64,000 nt of DNA, taken from the NCBI GenBank assembly GCA_038134595.1, contig JAYPVM010000005.1:21408-85407 (forward strand), given 5' to 3'. Positions 9,650-18,803 of this stretch are shown here, in pieces (positions within the stretch are counted from its first letter, which is position 1; the number at the start of each line of letters is the position of its first letter). This stretch comes from Pseudomonadota bacterium (lineage in GTDB: Bacteria; Bdellovibrionota_C; UBA2361; OMII01). Both the position numbers and the translations under genes were made by a program. The notes below the pieces were generated by a model. That model was given only the letters and a program-made list of their open reading frames with translations. It did not search any database and was not told the origin of the DNA.

Positions 9650-11407
9650 CTAAACAGTATCCCAAGGATATCCCTGACTCTCTCGAATATGGTCAGCTAA
9701 ACCGATTAAGTGCTCGTCAGCATTTGAAAACAGGGCTCGAAAATTATTGGTTATCCTAACTCGAGCTACATGATTAAACACCCTTGCGATCTGAATTTCG
9801 GCACTACATGCGGCGGCTCCTTTATCGGCAATATATGAACTAACCCGGGACAGGACGCACATTCCTACAAAAAGGTCAGTAGCTATATCGGCTAGGCGCT
9901 TCGAGATCAACTGCTCCCCAATAATTCCCTTCCGGTGTTTTAACAAGACCCCGTCAACCGCCTGTCCTAGTTTTAACACTCCCTGCTCCAACGCCCTCAC
10001 CTCCGAATGAAGCTCTGATGAGATACCCTGCAAGCGCGGCCTTCCAAGACTTGTCATTTGACCGACCCGCCTAGAGGCATAATCACTCAAAACTCCGAAG
10101 CCCTTAATGGGATCGTTAAATATTCCCTGAAGACTCTTAGAGACCCCCTTGAGATGCTCCGCAGGCTCCTTGAGGCCTGAAAGTGCAATGTAGAGTCTAA
10201 GTATTTCGTTTGTGCCCTCAAAAATACGGTTAATTCGCGAATCTCTTACGACCCGCTCATACGGAAACTCTCTCATAAAACCGTTTCCACCGGAGATTTG
10301 AAGTGCCTCGTCTGCAACACACCACAGAGCCTCTGACGCAAACACCTTGCTCATGGCGGCCTCAATCGAAAAATCCTCCGACCCCGAATCTATGAGATGG
10401 CCCACCACACTTACTATGCTTTCGGTGGCAAAGCATAGAGTTGTCATAAGAGCCAACTTCTCCTTGATCAATTTAAACTCAAGAATCGGTCTACCAAACT
10501 GCTTTCGTTGCTCAGCTTGAGCCACACTGAGTTCTATCAGTCGCTTCATCGCGCCAACGCAACCCCCTCCTAATCCGGTTCTCCCATTATTGAGTACCGC
10601 CATAGCAACCTTAAACCCCTTGCCTTCCTCGCCTAATATCGCATCACTTGGGATTCGCACGTTATCAAAACGGACTGTTGTAGTGCAGGAAGCTCTGATA
10701 CCCATTTTGTCCTCTTTAGGCCCAACAGAAACTCCTTCCCAATCCCGCTCAACAATAAAAGCAGTCATCTTTCCGTTATCACCAGCTGTCTTTGCAAAGA
10801 CTGTAAAGAATCCAGCCGTGCCTCCGTTTGTAATCCATATTTTTTCCCCAGATAGAGAGTAGCTTCCATCAGAATTTTTAACAGCTTCCGTTTTAATCGA
10901 CGCGGCATCCGAGCCCGAACCTGACTCAGTGAGGCAAAACGCCGCTATTAATTCCCCGGTTGCAAGCCTTGGCAGGTACTTCTCTTTCTGTGCTTCGGTA
11001 CCAAACAGCAGAAGCGCTTTCATCCCAATAGACGAGTGCGCTCCAATGGTAAGGGAAGTGGAACCATCATACCGGCTTGTTTGCTGTAGTATCCGCGAGT
11101 AGCCCGTATTCGATAAGCCTAGGCCTGCATACTCCTCAGGAATAATGAGAGAAAATAAACCTAACTCTCGAAGCTCATTTAGGTACTCTTCAGGCTGTTG
11201 CCCTTCGGAATCAAACCGACGGAAGTCCTCTTCTCGATTAGCCATAAACTTATCAACGGATTCGACAATAAAGCGAAGCGTCTCCTTTTCTTCTTCTGCC
11301 ACAGAGGGAAACGGGATAATCGACTCAGTCCGAAACATGCCAGAAAACAGGCCCTTGGCTGGGCTTGCTAGATTAGAGAACTCTGAATCACTTTTGGCAC
11401 TATCCAT
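9650..11407 (-). CDS. acyl-CoA dehydrogenase (long FadE-type)
   Basis: 585 aa. All three ACAD domains are present (middle-domain ITNGG, C-terminal GGNGFMREFPYER). Confidence 0.9.
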   Translation of the reverse strand: MDSAKSDSEFSNLASPAKGLFSGMFRTESIIPFPSVAEEEKETLRFIVESVDKFMANREEDFRRFDSEGQQPEEYLNELRELGLFSLIIPEEYAGLGLSNTGYSRILQQTSRYDGSTSLTIGAHSSIGMKALLLFGTEAQKEKYLPRLATGELIAAFCLTESGSGSDAASIKTEAVKNSDGSYSLSGEKIWITNGGTAGFFTVFAKTAGDNGKMTAFIVERDWEGVSVGPKEDKMGIRASCTTTVRFDNVRIPSDAILGEEGKGFKVAMAVLNNGRTGLGGGCVGAMKRLIELSVAQAEQRKQFGRPILEFKLIKEKLALMTTLCFATESIVSVVGHLIDSGSEDFSIEAAMSKVFASEALWCVADEALQISGGNGFMREFPYERVVRDSRINRIFEGTNEILRLYIALSGLKEPAEHLKGVSKSLQGIFNDPIKGFGVLSDYASRRVGQMTSLGRPRLQGISSELHSEVRALEQGVLKLGQAVDGVLLKHRKGIIGEQLISKRLADIATDLFVGMCVLSRVSSYIADKGAAACSAEIQIARVFNHVARVRITNNFRALFSNADEHLIGLADHIRESQGYPWDTV

Positions 11408-11418
11408 TATGCTTGCTC

Positions 11419-12582
11419 CTAAGTAGACACCCCTTCACTGCCACTAGCGGTGTTCGTTAAAAACCTTACAATTTCTAAAAACGTGTCTTCACGATTCGCT
11501 ACCGCTGAGTGCCCACCCTGAACCCAACGTAGGTCCACATCGCTCCATCTCTTCCGGAGCTCAGAGATCTGCCCGATTGGAACTAAATGATCTCCTTCCC
11601 CCCCTATTACCAACATTCGTTTTTGCGGCGTGGCGGGCAGAGAATTATAAGGGCAGTGGTCTTGATAGAGACTCCTTAAAAAGTCTCTATCGATGCCATC
11701 GCTCTGACCATCCTTAGAAAGCAGACTCCAAGCCATGTCTCCCATTGAGAACATGGGAACTAGAAAGAGTGCCCTATCCAAGACATCTCGAGACGCCCAA
11801 ACTGCACCGACATACGCACCTAAACTCATACCAACCGTAGCAACCCGCCTAGATCCCTTAGACTCAAGGTAACTACGAAGCACACGGAGGTCGTGAAGCG
11901 CATGGGCAATTGCTATACATGTCCGCACAGGATCAACACTCGGAAATAAAGGACCATCTACTGAAGATTTAGTTGGCATTCTACGACCATGAAAAGGCAG
12001 CTCAACCAAGGCCACATCAAAGCCGAGACGGTAGAGAATACCTGGTAGAAATGCTAACGAATTAGCCCGCTGATCTCCCATCGTCCAGCCGTGAATACCC
12101 ACGACCGTCAATCGCTCCTTATTGCCATCGCTGTGGGACCAGAACCTTACAAAAGACGCTGCGTTCTCTTCAATCAGCCTATAACTAGGATCTAAATGTA
12201 ATCTAGAATCTGGAAATGGTGATGCAAACTTTAAATCATAAACCGCCCCATCTGGAAATCCGTGAACCTGAGTTACTTCCGGAATTGGCGTAAAAGAAGG
12301 CCTCTCAAACAGTAGATCTAGAGCACCGGTTTTGCGAGTTTTTTGAAGAAACTCACCCTTCTCTACCAAAAGCTCGATATTCAGAGAGGGTGCAAAACTT
12401 TGGAGAGACACTTCTCCTAGGCTTTTACCAAGTCGACCCAAGACCCGGTCTAATCCCCTTCCTCCCACTACGGTAAGTCGCTCAACGTCACTGAGACGAC
12501 TGTCAACACAGCCATTAAGAATACAAAAATCAGACGGCGAATCAGCCATTAACGACATTCCTTGAATGTTTTTACCCCACAC
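11419..12582 (-). CDS. alpha/beta-fold hydrolase
   Basis: 387 aa. Nucleophile elbow GMSLGA. Start codon uncertain. Confidence 0.7.
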   Translation of the reverse strand: MWGKNIQGMSLMADSPSDFCILNGCVDSRLSDVERLTVVGGRGLDRVLGRLGKSLGEVSLQSFAPSLNIELLVEKGEFLQKTRKTGALDLLFERPSFTPIPEVTQVHGFPDGAVYDLKFASPFPDSRLHLDPSYRLIEENAASFVRFWSHSDGNKERLTVVGIHGWTMGDQRANSLAFLPGILYRLGFDVALVELPFHGRRMPTKSSVDGPLFPSVDPVRTCIAIAHALHDLRVLRSYLESKGSRRVATVGMSLGAYVGAVWASRDVLDRALFLVPMFSMGDMAWSLLSKDGQSDGIDRDFLRSLYQDHCPYNSLPATPQKRMLVIGGEGDHLVPIGQISELRKRWSDVDLRWVQGGHSAVANREDTFLEIVRFLTNTASGSEGVST

Positions 12583-13074
12583 CTACAGACAGCCAAACAG
12601 TAACAACGGAACAAGCTGCCAGAGAGCACCCGGGCGCGCCTCGGCTTCGTTTCCGGGTAAAGCTTATTCTTTCTCACACTAATATGATGCCGGCCCATCA
12701 ATGGTAGATTGGGATAACTTGCTAATTATACCAGAATATTCCTTCGGTCGGATAGAAAATCTACGGTCAGATATGGCTGCAAATTGAAAATGACTCTTAA
12801 GCCAAGAGGTTTTTAAACAGAACAGTGGATTAATAACTAAGTCTCCAGTAGGCTATCCAGGGTAGCATGATAGTGGGATTGTCCGACTGCACCTATAGCC
12901 GCAAGAGTTTGCGTTACGTTTTCAAGAGCAAAAACTACGTATTTTATATGAGATACCGGTTACCTTGCCCCTGACAGCTAACTAGCCCTTCGTGCAATTT
13001 GGGCTGCTTGCCGGATAAGCAAAACTCACAGCACTACTGGCTCCCGTTGGGTGTTATTTTGAGCTCGCGTCTTT

Positions 13075-13116
13075 CCATCCCTAGGAATAATCAATGACGG
13101 TTATTCGTAGGGATGG
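13075..13116. promoter_or_regulatory. 42-nt near-perfect palindrome (16-nt arms CCATCCCTAGGAATAA / TTATTCGTAGGGATGG, 1 mismatch, 10-nt spacer) in a divergent intergenic region; candidate operator or structured RNA element
   Basis: Read directly from the sequence. Lies ~50 nt upstream of the RBS of small ORF 13164..13430, in a 1-kb non-coding region. Confidence 0.3.
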
Positions 13117-13163
13117 CAGAGCATGGTGCGATGCCAAAATAGATCACTAAGGAGGATTGCGTT

Positions 13164-13430
13164 GTGGCAATTAGCTATGATCCGCTCACAGGAGCACGTG
13201 AAGCAACATGGGCACCCGGTGGGTCGCCCGAGAGGGACCTCACCGAGGCCTTTCTTCGGTACTGCAACACCGTACCAAAAAGGAATAGGAATTTCGCCAG
13301 CTGCGTTCGACAATGGGCACAACTGAGAATACAGGCGGAACAGAGTGTCGATCCGGAAGGGGCAGACGCAAAAAAGATGCCACCGGAGTTTCGGAAAAAG
13401 CTTCAGGAGGCCTTTGCCTCTCGGTTTTAG
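13164..13430 (+). CDS. hypothetical small protein (GTG start)
   Basis: 88 aa. Consensus AGGAGG at 13150..13155, 8 nt before the GTG. GC-rich hairpin terminator immediately downstream. The antisense ORF 13101..13484 is low-complexity and rejected. Confidence 0.5.
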   Translation: MAISYDPLTGAREATWAPGGSPERDLTEAFLRYCNTVPKRNRNFASCVRQWAQLRIQAEQSVDPEGADAKKMPPEFRKKLQEAFASRF

Positions 13431-13443
13431 ATGATTAAACAAG

Positions 13444-13476
13444 CTCCAGGGGAAGCCGCTTGTGCTTCCCCTGGAG
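13444..13476 (+). terminator. putative intrinsic terminator (13-bp perfect stem CTCCAGGGGAAGC/GCTTCCCCTGGAG, 7-nt loop, followed by GATTT)
   Basis: Perfect inverted repeat 14 nt after the stop of ORF 13164..13430. The U-tract is short. Confidence 0.45.
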
Positions 13477-13584
13477 GATTTCATCGACTAAGGTTATCTA
13501 ATGCTCTGCACATCCATCGTTGCCAATGAAAAAGGGCAAATGCGGCTTTAGAAAAAAGAGACTGGGTTAAGGAGCGCTCTTGAG

Positions 13585-14973
13585 ATGCACCGAGACGATT
13601 TTAGACGTGAAAGCGGCGAAATGAAAGAAGAGACACATCATAGCTCACATGTGCCCGATGCTATAGATGGCGCAATAACACCACCATTGGACCGCACGTT
13701 AATTCTTGATCTCTTAATTGAAACGGCACTGACCTCTGACAACCCCGTGGAGGAGCTCCATGCCATTCAAGCTGATTCCCGATTCGACTACAAAGGCGCA
13801 CAGAGGGATTTCTGTGACACGCTCTGGAATATTGAACAACGACACTTTGATAAACTAGTATCTTCCTCACAATACTCAGCCGAGCTTGTAGGTGCTATAA
13901 GGCACCGCGGCGAAATATTTGTCCAACTGAATGCCTATCACATCCCGTCAGCATCCATCAATGCATGGCTACAACTGGCATCTGAAGAGATTGAATTCCT
14001 CAATCATCTACCGGAATGGAACGACGCCGACGTTCTCCTTTGCTCACATGCGCTCTCTGTTCTAGAGGAGCTTGTCGTAAATGGGCCGTCCGAATGGTCA
14101 ATATATGAAAAACTTCAGGCCAATATTCTTCAACAACTAGAGGGGATGTCACACCGTTTTTTTCACGATGAAAATTTATCCTCACCTCCGGAGGAGGCAA
14201 ACAGAGTAGCTCTGCTCTCTTGGTTAGTTCTTGCAAATGATTCTGGTATTGATTCCCTCAAAAATGAGGCGGCTGGCCTAATCCCGCAGCTACTCGAAAT
14301 CTGGAAATTAGTGGATCAAAGAGACGGCGATTCAGAGTCAGAAGATGAATCCCTCTATCCCCAGAGTGAGTGCGACAAGGAAGGGGATACAGACTCCGAA
14401 TTTTTATTAGAAAATCTGGAAAATTGGCGGGCGAACAACCAAGAGGAATCCACGGATGAGACATTCGCAATTGACTCAGATGAGGACAACCTGGAATGGC
14501 GAGAAGGCTTTGAGTTATCTGAAATCCAACAGTGGGAACATGCGTTAACTTTAGCTCTCCAGGCCGGCCAGTCGAGAATCGATTTAGATGATGAGTTCAT
14601 ACTAGTCCTACACACAGCCGATATAGGCTCCGATCTGTGGCAGTCTGCTTTTGACGGACTCTTAGTCTCGTCCTATGCAGAGAGCCTACGCGTTATTGAA
14701 TCGTTGTTCGACACAGTGCAATCGATGCCGGGGGCAATGCGGCATATTACATCACCCCTCGATGCATCCGAGAGAATTTCCCACAAATTCTATTATTCCC
14801 CTCCTGACCTTCTGCAAGACGCACTACAAAAAGAAAAACCTAGGGCTAGGCGAAAGATCTTAAAAATGATCTCTAAATATATCGAAGATGAAAAACTCTC
14901 GGGGGGTGAAACTGAAGTGATGGCTTCAAGGTTCAATAAACTTCTTCGAAACCTTCGTGGATTAAAGCGATAA
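13585..14973 (+). CDS. hypothetical protein with a strongly acidic central region
   Basis: 462 aa. AAGGAG RBS 9 nt upstream of the ATG. D/E/S-rich segment (DGDSESEDESLYPQSECDKEGDTDSEF...EESTDETFAIDSDEDNLEW). No recognisable domain. Confidence 0.6.
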   Translation: MHRDDFRRESGEMKEETHHSSHVPDAIDGAITPPLDRTLILDLLIETALTSDNPVEELHAIQADSRFDYKGAQRDFCDTLWNIEQRHFDKLVSSSQYSAELVGAIRHRGEIFVQLNAYHIPSASINAWLQLASEEIEFLNHLPEWNDADVLLCSHALSVLEELVVNGPSEWSIYEKLQANILQQLEGMSHRFFHDENLSSPPEEANRVALLSWLVLANDSGIDSLKNEAAGLIPQLLEIWKLVDQRDGDSESEDESLYPQSECDKEGDTDSEFLLENLENWRANNQEESTDETFAIDSDEDNLEWREGFELSEIQQWEHALTLALQAGQSRIDLDDEFILVLHTADIGSDLWQSAFDGLLVSSYAESLRVIESLFDTVQSMPGAMRHITSPLDASERISHKFYYSPPDLLQDALQKEKPRARRKILKMISKYIEDEKLSGGETEVMASRFNKLLRNLRGLKR

Positions 14974-14981
14974 AAATCATG

Positions 14982-15659
14982 TTAGCGAACTTTCGCAGCT
15001 TGATTTTGAGCTGAATTGACTGTTACATGTAGCAGCGAGTCCTGAGTGAACAATTTTTCAACTAGCGACAGATCTCCCAATGCTGAAACTAATGCACCTT
15101 CAAGCCAGGTGCTTGCGTGACCTCTTGCCATCTCGTCGAATAACTTTTGGTTTAATACGAATTTTTCTAGTTCTACTTTAGGAACGCCATCAGTTATTTC
15201 GAACTTGCCGGCTAGCTCTCCAGTTGCGAAACGAGAGTTAATGTTTGGTACAATGATGCGAGCAGCTCGCCATTCACCAAGAAAACCGAGCGGTAGAGAG
15301 AACCTCAAAAACACCTTATCCCCATTGAGAGCAAGGGATATGTTTTCCTCTAAACCTCGGATGCGCACAGCTGCGTTTAGATCTGTGCTAGTAAAGCTAT
15401 CCGCGAAGTCATTACCAGAGTCCAATGCGCGGAGTAATCCTAACAACTTATCGCCATTTACATTGTCATTAGAGGATACGTCCTCGCTCAGGCGCACGAG
15501 GCTAGAGGCCGCGGGCGTTGTATACATCTCCACAGCACCTTTAACACTGCGAATTCCCCACCAGGTTAGAAAAGCCCCTAGAATAATGACTATGAAAGCC
15601 GAAATAAGGCATCCGTAACTAAAACACCCGGGTTGTTTGGATTGCGAATTCACCAACAA
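14982..15659 (-). CDS. hypothetical membrane-anchored protein (single N-terminal TM)
   Basis: 225 aa. Hydrophobic helix CLISAFIVIILGAFLTWWGI followed by a soluble domain. Confidence 0.5.
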   Translation of the reverse strand: MLVNSQSKQPGCFSYGCLISAFIVIILGAFLTWWGIRSVKGAVEMYTTPAASSLVRLSEDVSSNDNVNGDKLLGLLRALDSGNDFADSFTSTDLNAAVRIRGLEENISLALNGDKVFLRFSLPLGFLGEWRAARIIVPNINSRFATGELAGKFEITDGVPKVELEKFVLNQKLFDEMARGHASTWLEGALVSALGDLSLVEKLFTQDSLLHVTVNSAQNQAAKVR

Positions 15660-15660
15660 A

Positions 15661-15894
15661 TTACTCCGCGACCTTAGAGTGTGCCTCTTCTTGAATTGCT
15701 TTTATCTGGCTGTCGAAGAGACATCCACGTAGTGATCGCTCATCCACCTCGCCTAGTTTTTCGACACAGGCCTTACACAGACCAACATCTATTGAATCTC
15801 CATTCGCATTGCGCCATGGAGAACATGGATCGACAGGCGCCACCGAGCAACCTAAAAAAGATAGAAACACTACGGTAAAAAACAGGGTTCTCAT
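15661..15894 (-). CDS. hypothetical small secreted Cys-containing protein, possible lipoprotein
   Basis: Internal Met (MRTLFFTVVFLSFLGCS...) gives a signal peptide with a lipobox-like FLGC. Six Cys in ~77 aa. The track start 15957 would overlap the SNF2 gene. Same strand, 46 nt downstream of the SNF2 helicase. Confidence 0.4.
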   Translation of the reverse strand: MRTLFFTVVFLSFLGCSVAPVDPCSPWRNANGDSIDVGLCKACVEKLGEVDERSLRGCLFDSQIKAIQEEAHSKVAE

Positions 15895-15940
15895 AACGAG
15901 CAGTTGTAGCAGAGACTCTCTTAACTGAAAAGACCAAGCT

Positions 15941-18712
15941 TTAGAGCTCAAGCGCATTCATGAGTTCTTCCCTGCTAATTCCACCTACGAAACCCTCTTG
16001 AGTGTTACTCGCTGCGTAATCACCTAACGTTTTAGCCTGCCCCTTCTCTTTTCGCCTCAAATTCCAATGAATAATCTCATCAACTTTGCACCCTACTAGC
16101 GAAATTATATTTACGGTACCGGTCTGACCGATCCGATGAATTCGATCAACGGACTGCATCCAATGTTCTGCATTCCACGTTTTTTCAAGATAAACGGCAG
16201 TTTGAGCGGCTGTCAGTGTTATTCCGACACCGCCAGCAGCTGGCACCGCTACTAATATCGAAGGCGAATCCTCCTCTTGAAATGCTCTAACTGTCTTTTC
16301 CCGCACAGAAGTCGCCACTTCACCAGAAAACGGTGCGGCACCATATGATTTATAGCGGTCACATAACTCTACGATATTTCCAAGGTAATTCGTCCAAATT
16401 ACCATTTTCTGCCGATGTTCGCCGACAACTTCCCGCACAAGCTCATCTAATTCTACAAATTTAGCAGGCTCTCCTGTCCACTGAGGATCGATTAAACGAG
16501 GGTTTGAAGCTACTTGCACTGCCCGAAGATACTCTTCAAGGATATTGGTTATTTCTCGGACAAACTGCTCTCCAGAGAGACTTCGCATGCGTAGCATCAA
16601 TCCTTCGCGAATTTCATTATACCGCTCTAGCTGGGTCCCTCGAAGCTCAACCTCCCGAAGCGAAAACGTCTTCGCAGGTAAGTTTACAACATTCTCCTTT
16701 CGCCTCCGAAGCATTACCTCATGTACTCTATGAATACTTTCGCGGACTTCATCATCTCGGAACTTTTTGACGGCATACTGGCTAAATTCCGTGCCGAGTT
16801 CAGCAACCTTTGAAAGCCATTTGTAATAACTCTTACCGAGCCTAAGACCTCCGTCAGCTATCTTCATTTGAGCCCAAATATCAGACACATCCTTTGGTGT
16901 AGGAGTACCGCTTAATAAAACCCTTCGGTCACAGGCACAAGCAACCTGACTGACAGCCTTAAAAGTCTTGCCGGAGGGATTCTTAATGCGCTGTGACTCA
17001 TCTAAACACAGTAAGGTCTTTTGACTACGAACGAGAGCCTCAACTTCAGGGCTAACATATTCTAGTCGAATCGCCTCATAATTTACGATAAGCACATCAC
17101 AGGACGCACTTCCACTCGATAACAGACGAAGATTCCAAGCCTTAGCCTTTTTGTCTCCGGACAGGGTATGCACCTTCAGGTCAGGAAACCACATAGCAAC
17201 CTCCCTCGCCCAGTTTCGCGCAAGTGAGTTAGGACAAACAACAAGAAGCTGAGAACAGTCTTCCATGTTTCGCAACGACCAAAAATAACTAAGCACAGAG
17301 AGCGTCTTACCCAAACCCATATCATCGCCTAAAAATGCATAGGGCGTCTTCATTAACCAGGAGACAGCTACGCGCTGATGGGGAAATAACCGCTTGCACT
17401 CTTCAAGACTGAGACCTGAGATTCCATCATAATTGACATCTTGCAAGCCTGCATAAAACCTCGCCTGCTCCAAACGTTGAATTCTATCTCTACAGTCTTC
17501 CAGAAGTCGTTCAAAAGACTGACTGATAGGAAAAGGATTTTCCCCGAAGTCGGTACATAGCCGATCAATCTCTTGCTTTATTGACAGGAGCTTTGAATCG
17601 GGAACCTCTAATAAAGGACTAGTTGCGGAGTCCTGGTAACTACCGCCAGTCTCCTCCCTAAAAGTATCGAATATAAGTCCGCGCAACTCTCGATCGATTC
17701 CGCCACCAATTAAAAGCGCCCCTCGACCTGACTCCAAAGTTTTCCAAAGACTCGCCGAATCGAGTAAATCCGCTGCCTCATCCTCAAGAACAACGTCCCC
17801 AGAACCAATTCGGCCGAAAACTTCCTCTCTCCTATCTGATATAAATGAATGAACATCGCGCGCAAGCCATACTGGGAATGGAAGAGAGGATATTCTTCCA
17901 GCCAACTGAATCAGTTCTCGCTCATTTAAACTAATAGGCTGCCCCGACTGCCGTCGAAAACCGGGAAAGGCAAGCTTAAATTGCTCTCTTGAAAAACTCT
18001 GGGGCTCAAACGAGCCAACATTTTCGCTCGAAACATCAATAAAAGGAGTGAGGAGCGATTCCTTCAATTCCTGACCGGTGGCGCTACCTCTGTCCTTTTC
18101 AATGGATTGGCGCACGGCAGCAGTCTTTTTAAGAACGAGCCCAGCTTGTTCCTCAATAGCGAACAAAATGTTTTTATCGCGGCACCGCTTGACAAAGGAG
18201 CTTAGCTCGGAGGCCGGTAGCGTGAATGCCTTATCCGAGGAGCAGAAGACTGCAGATGAGAGTCGCTGTAGGATACGATAAGCCGGATGCCCCACGCGAG
18301 CCACTACCTTAAGCCTTCTAGCCTTATCTTCAAGCCGTATAATTACCTCTAATGGAGCACCCGCAATCGCTATTTCTGGCACTGCGAACGGATTGTTACG
18401 GAGACACTCCAAAGCCTCCCCTATAGCTAACGGCGGCTCCTCAAGCGGATACACTCCATCTAGCACGCCCACGCCGGAAAATTCTGGGAGCGTTACGACC
18501 CGATGATAATCAGAGAAAGCGATACGCCAACTCTTATCCTCTGCATTGTAACGAGAGGTTGCCACCGCCTTAATAGCCTTGACCCGATCTGGCCTATACC
18601 GGAAGTCCACGAGAACAAATTGCCCGTTACGGAAAAATGAAACTATTGGTCCAGACTCCTGCCTCCACCAACGTTTAGAACCCTTCTTGGTGGTATTCTT
18701 CGCTTTAGCCAT
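15941..18712 (-). CDS. SNF2-family DEAD/DEAH-box helicase
   Basis: 923 aa. SNF2_N motifs (LGDDMGLGKT, DESQRIKN) and helicase-C (HRIGQ). Lys-rich N-terminus. ~450-aa N-terminal region of unknown function. Confidence 0.9.
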   Translation of the reverse strand: MAKAKNTTKKGSKRWWRQESGPIVSFFRNGQFVLVDFRYRPDRVKAIKAVATSRYNAEDKSWRIAFSDYHRVVTLPEFSGVGVLDGVYPLEEPPLAIGEALECLRNNPFAVPEIAIAGAPLEVIIRLEDKARRLKVVARVGHPAYRILQRLSSAVFCSSDKAFTLPASELSSFVKRCRDKNILFAIEEQAGLVLKKTAAVRQSIEKDRGSATGQELKESLLTPFIDVSSENVGSFEPQSFSREQFKLAFPGFRRQSGQPISLNERELIQLAGRISSLPFPVWLARDVHSFISDRREEVFGRIGSGDVVLEDEAADLLDSASLWKTLESGRGALLIGGGIDRELRGLIFDTFREETGGSYQDSATSPLLEVPDSKLLSIKQEIDRLCTDFGENPFPISQSFERLLEDCRDRIQRLEQARFYAGLQDVNYDGISGLSLEECKRLFPHQRVAVSWLMKTPYAFLGDDMGLGKTLSVLSYFWSLRNMEDCSQLLVVCPNSLARNWAREVAMWFPDLKVHTLSGDKKAKAWNLRLLSSGSASCDVLIVNYEAIRLEYVSPEVEALVRSQKTLLCLDESQRIKNPSGKTFKAVSQVACACDRRVLLSGTPTPKDVSDIWAQMKIADGGLRLGKSYYKWLSKVAELGTEFSQYAVKKFRDDEVRESIHRVHEVMLRRRKENVVNLPAKTFSLREVELRGTQLERYNEIREGLMLRMRSLSGEQFVREITNILEEYLRAVQVASNPRLIDPQWTGEPAKFVELDELVREVVGEHRQKMVIWTNYLGNIVELCDRYKSYGAAPFSGEVATSVREKTVRAFQEEDSPSILVAVPAAGGVGITLTAAQTAVYLEKTWNAEHWMQSVDRIHRIGQTGTVNIISLVGCKVDEIIHWNLRRKEKGQAKTLGDYAASNTQEGFVGGISREELMNALEL

Positions 18713-18803
18713 ACGTTCTTTAAAACAGAAAACAACCGCACAAAAAAACTAGCGCCCCAAACCCTCTTTTTCTAATGCGAATCTATACGGCTAATACTAT
18801 AAT

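Noticed and set aside
13101-13484. 127-aa minus-strand ORF
   Set aside because: Overlaps the opposite-strand small ORF that has a consensus RBS and terminator. Its translation is Cys/Trp/Phe-rich and low complexity, typical of an antisense artefact.
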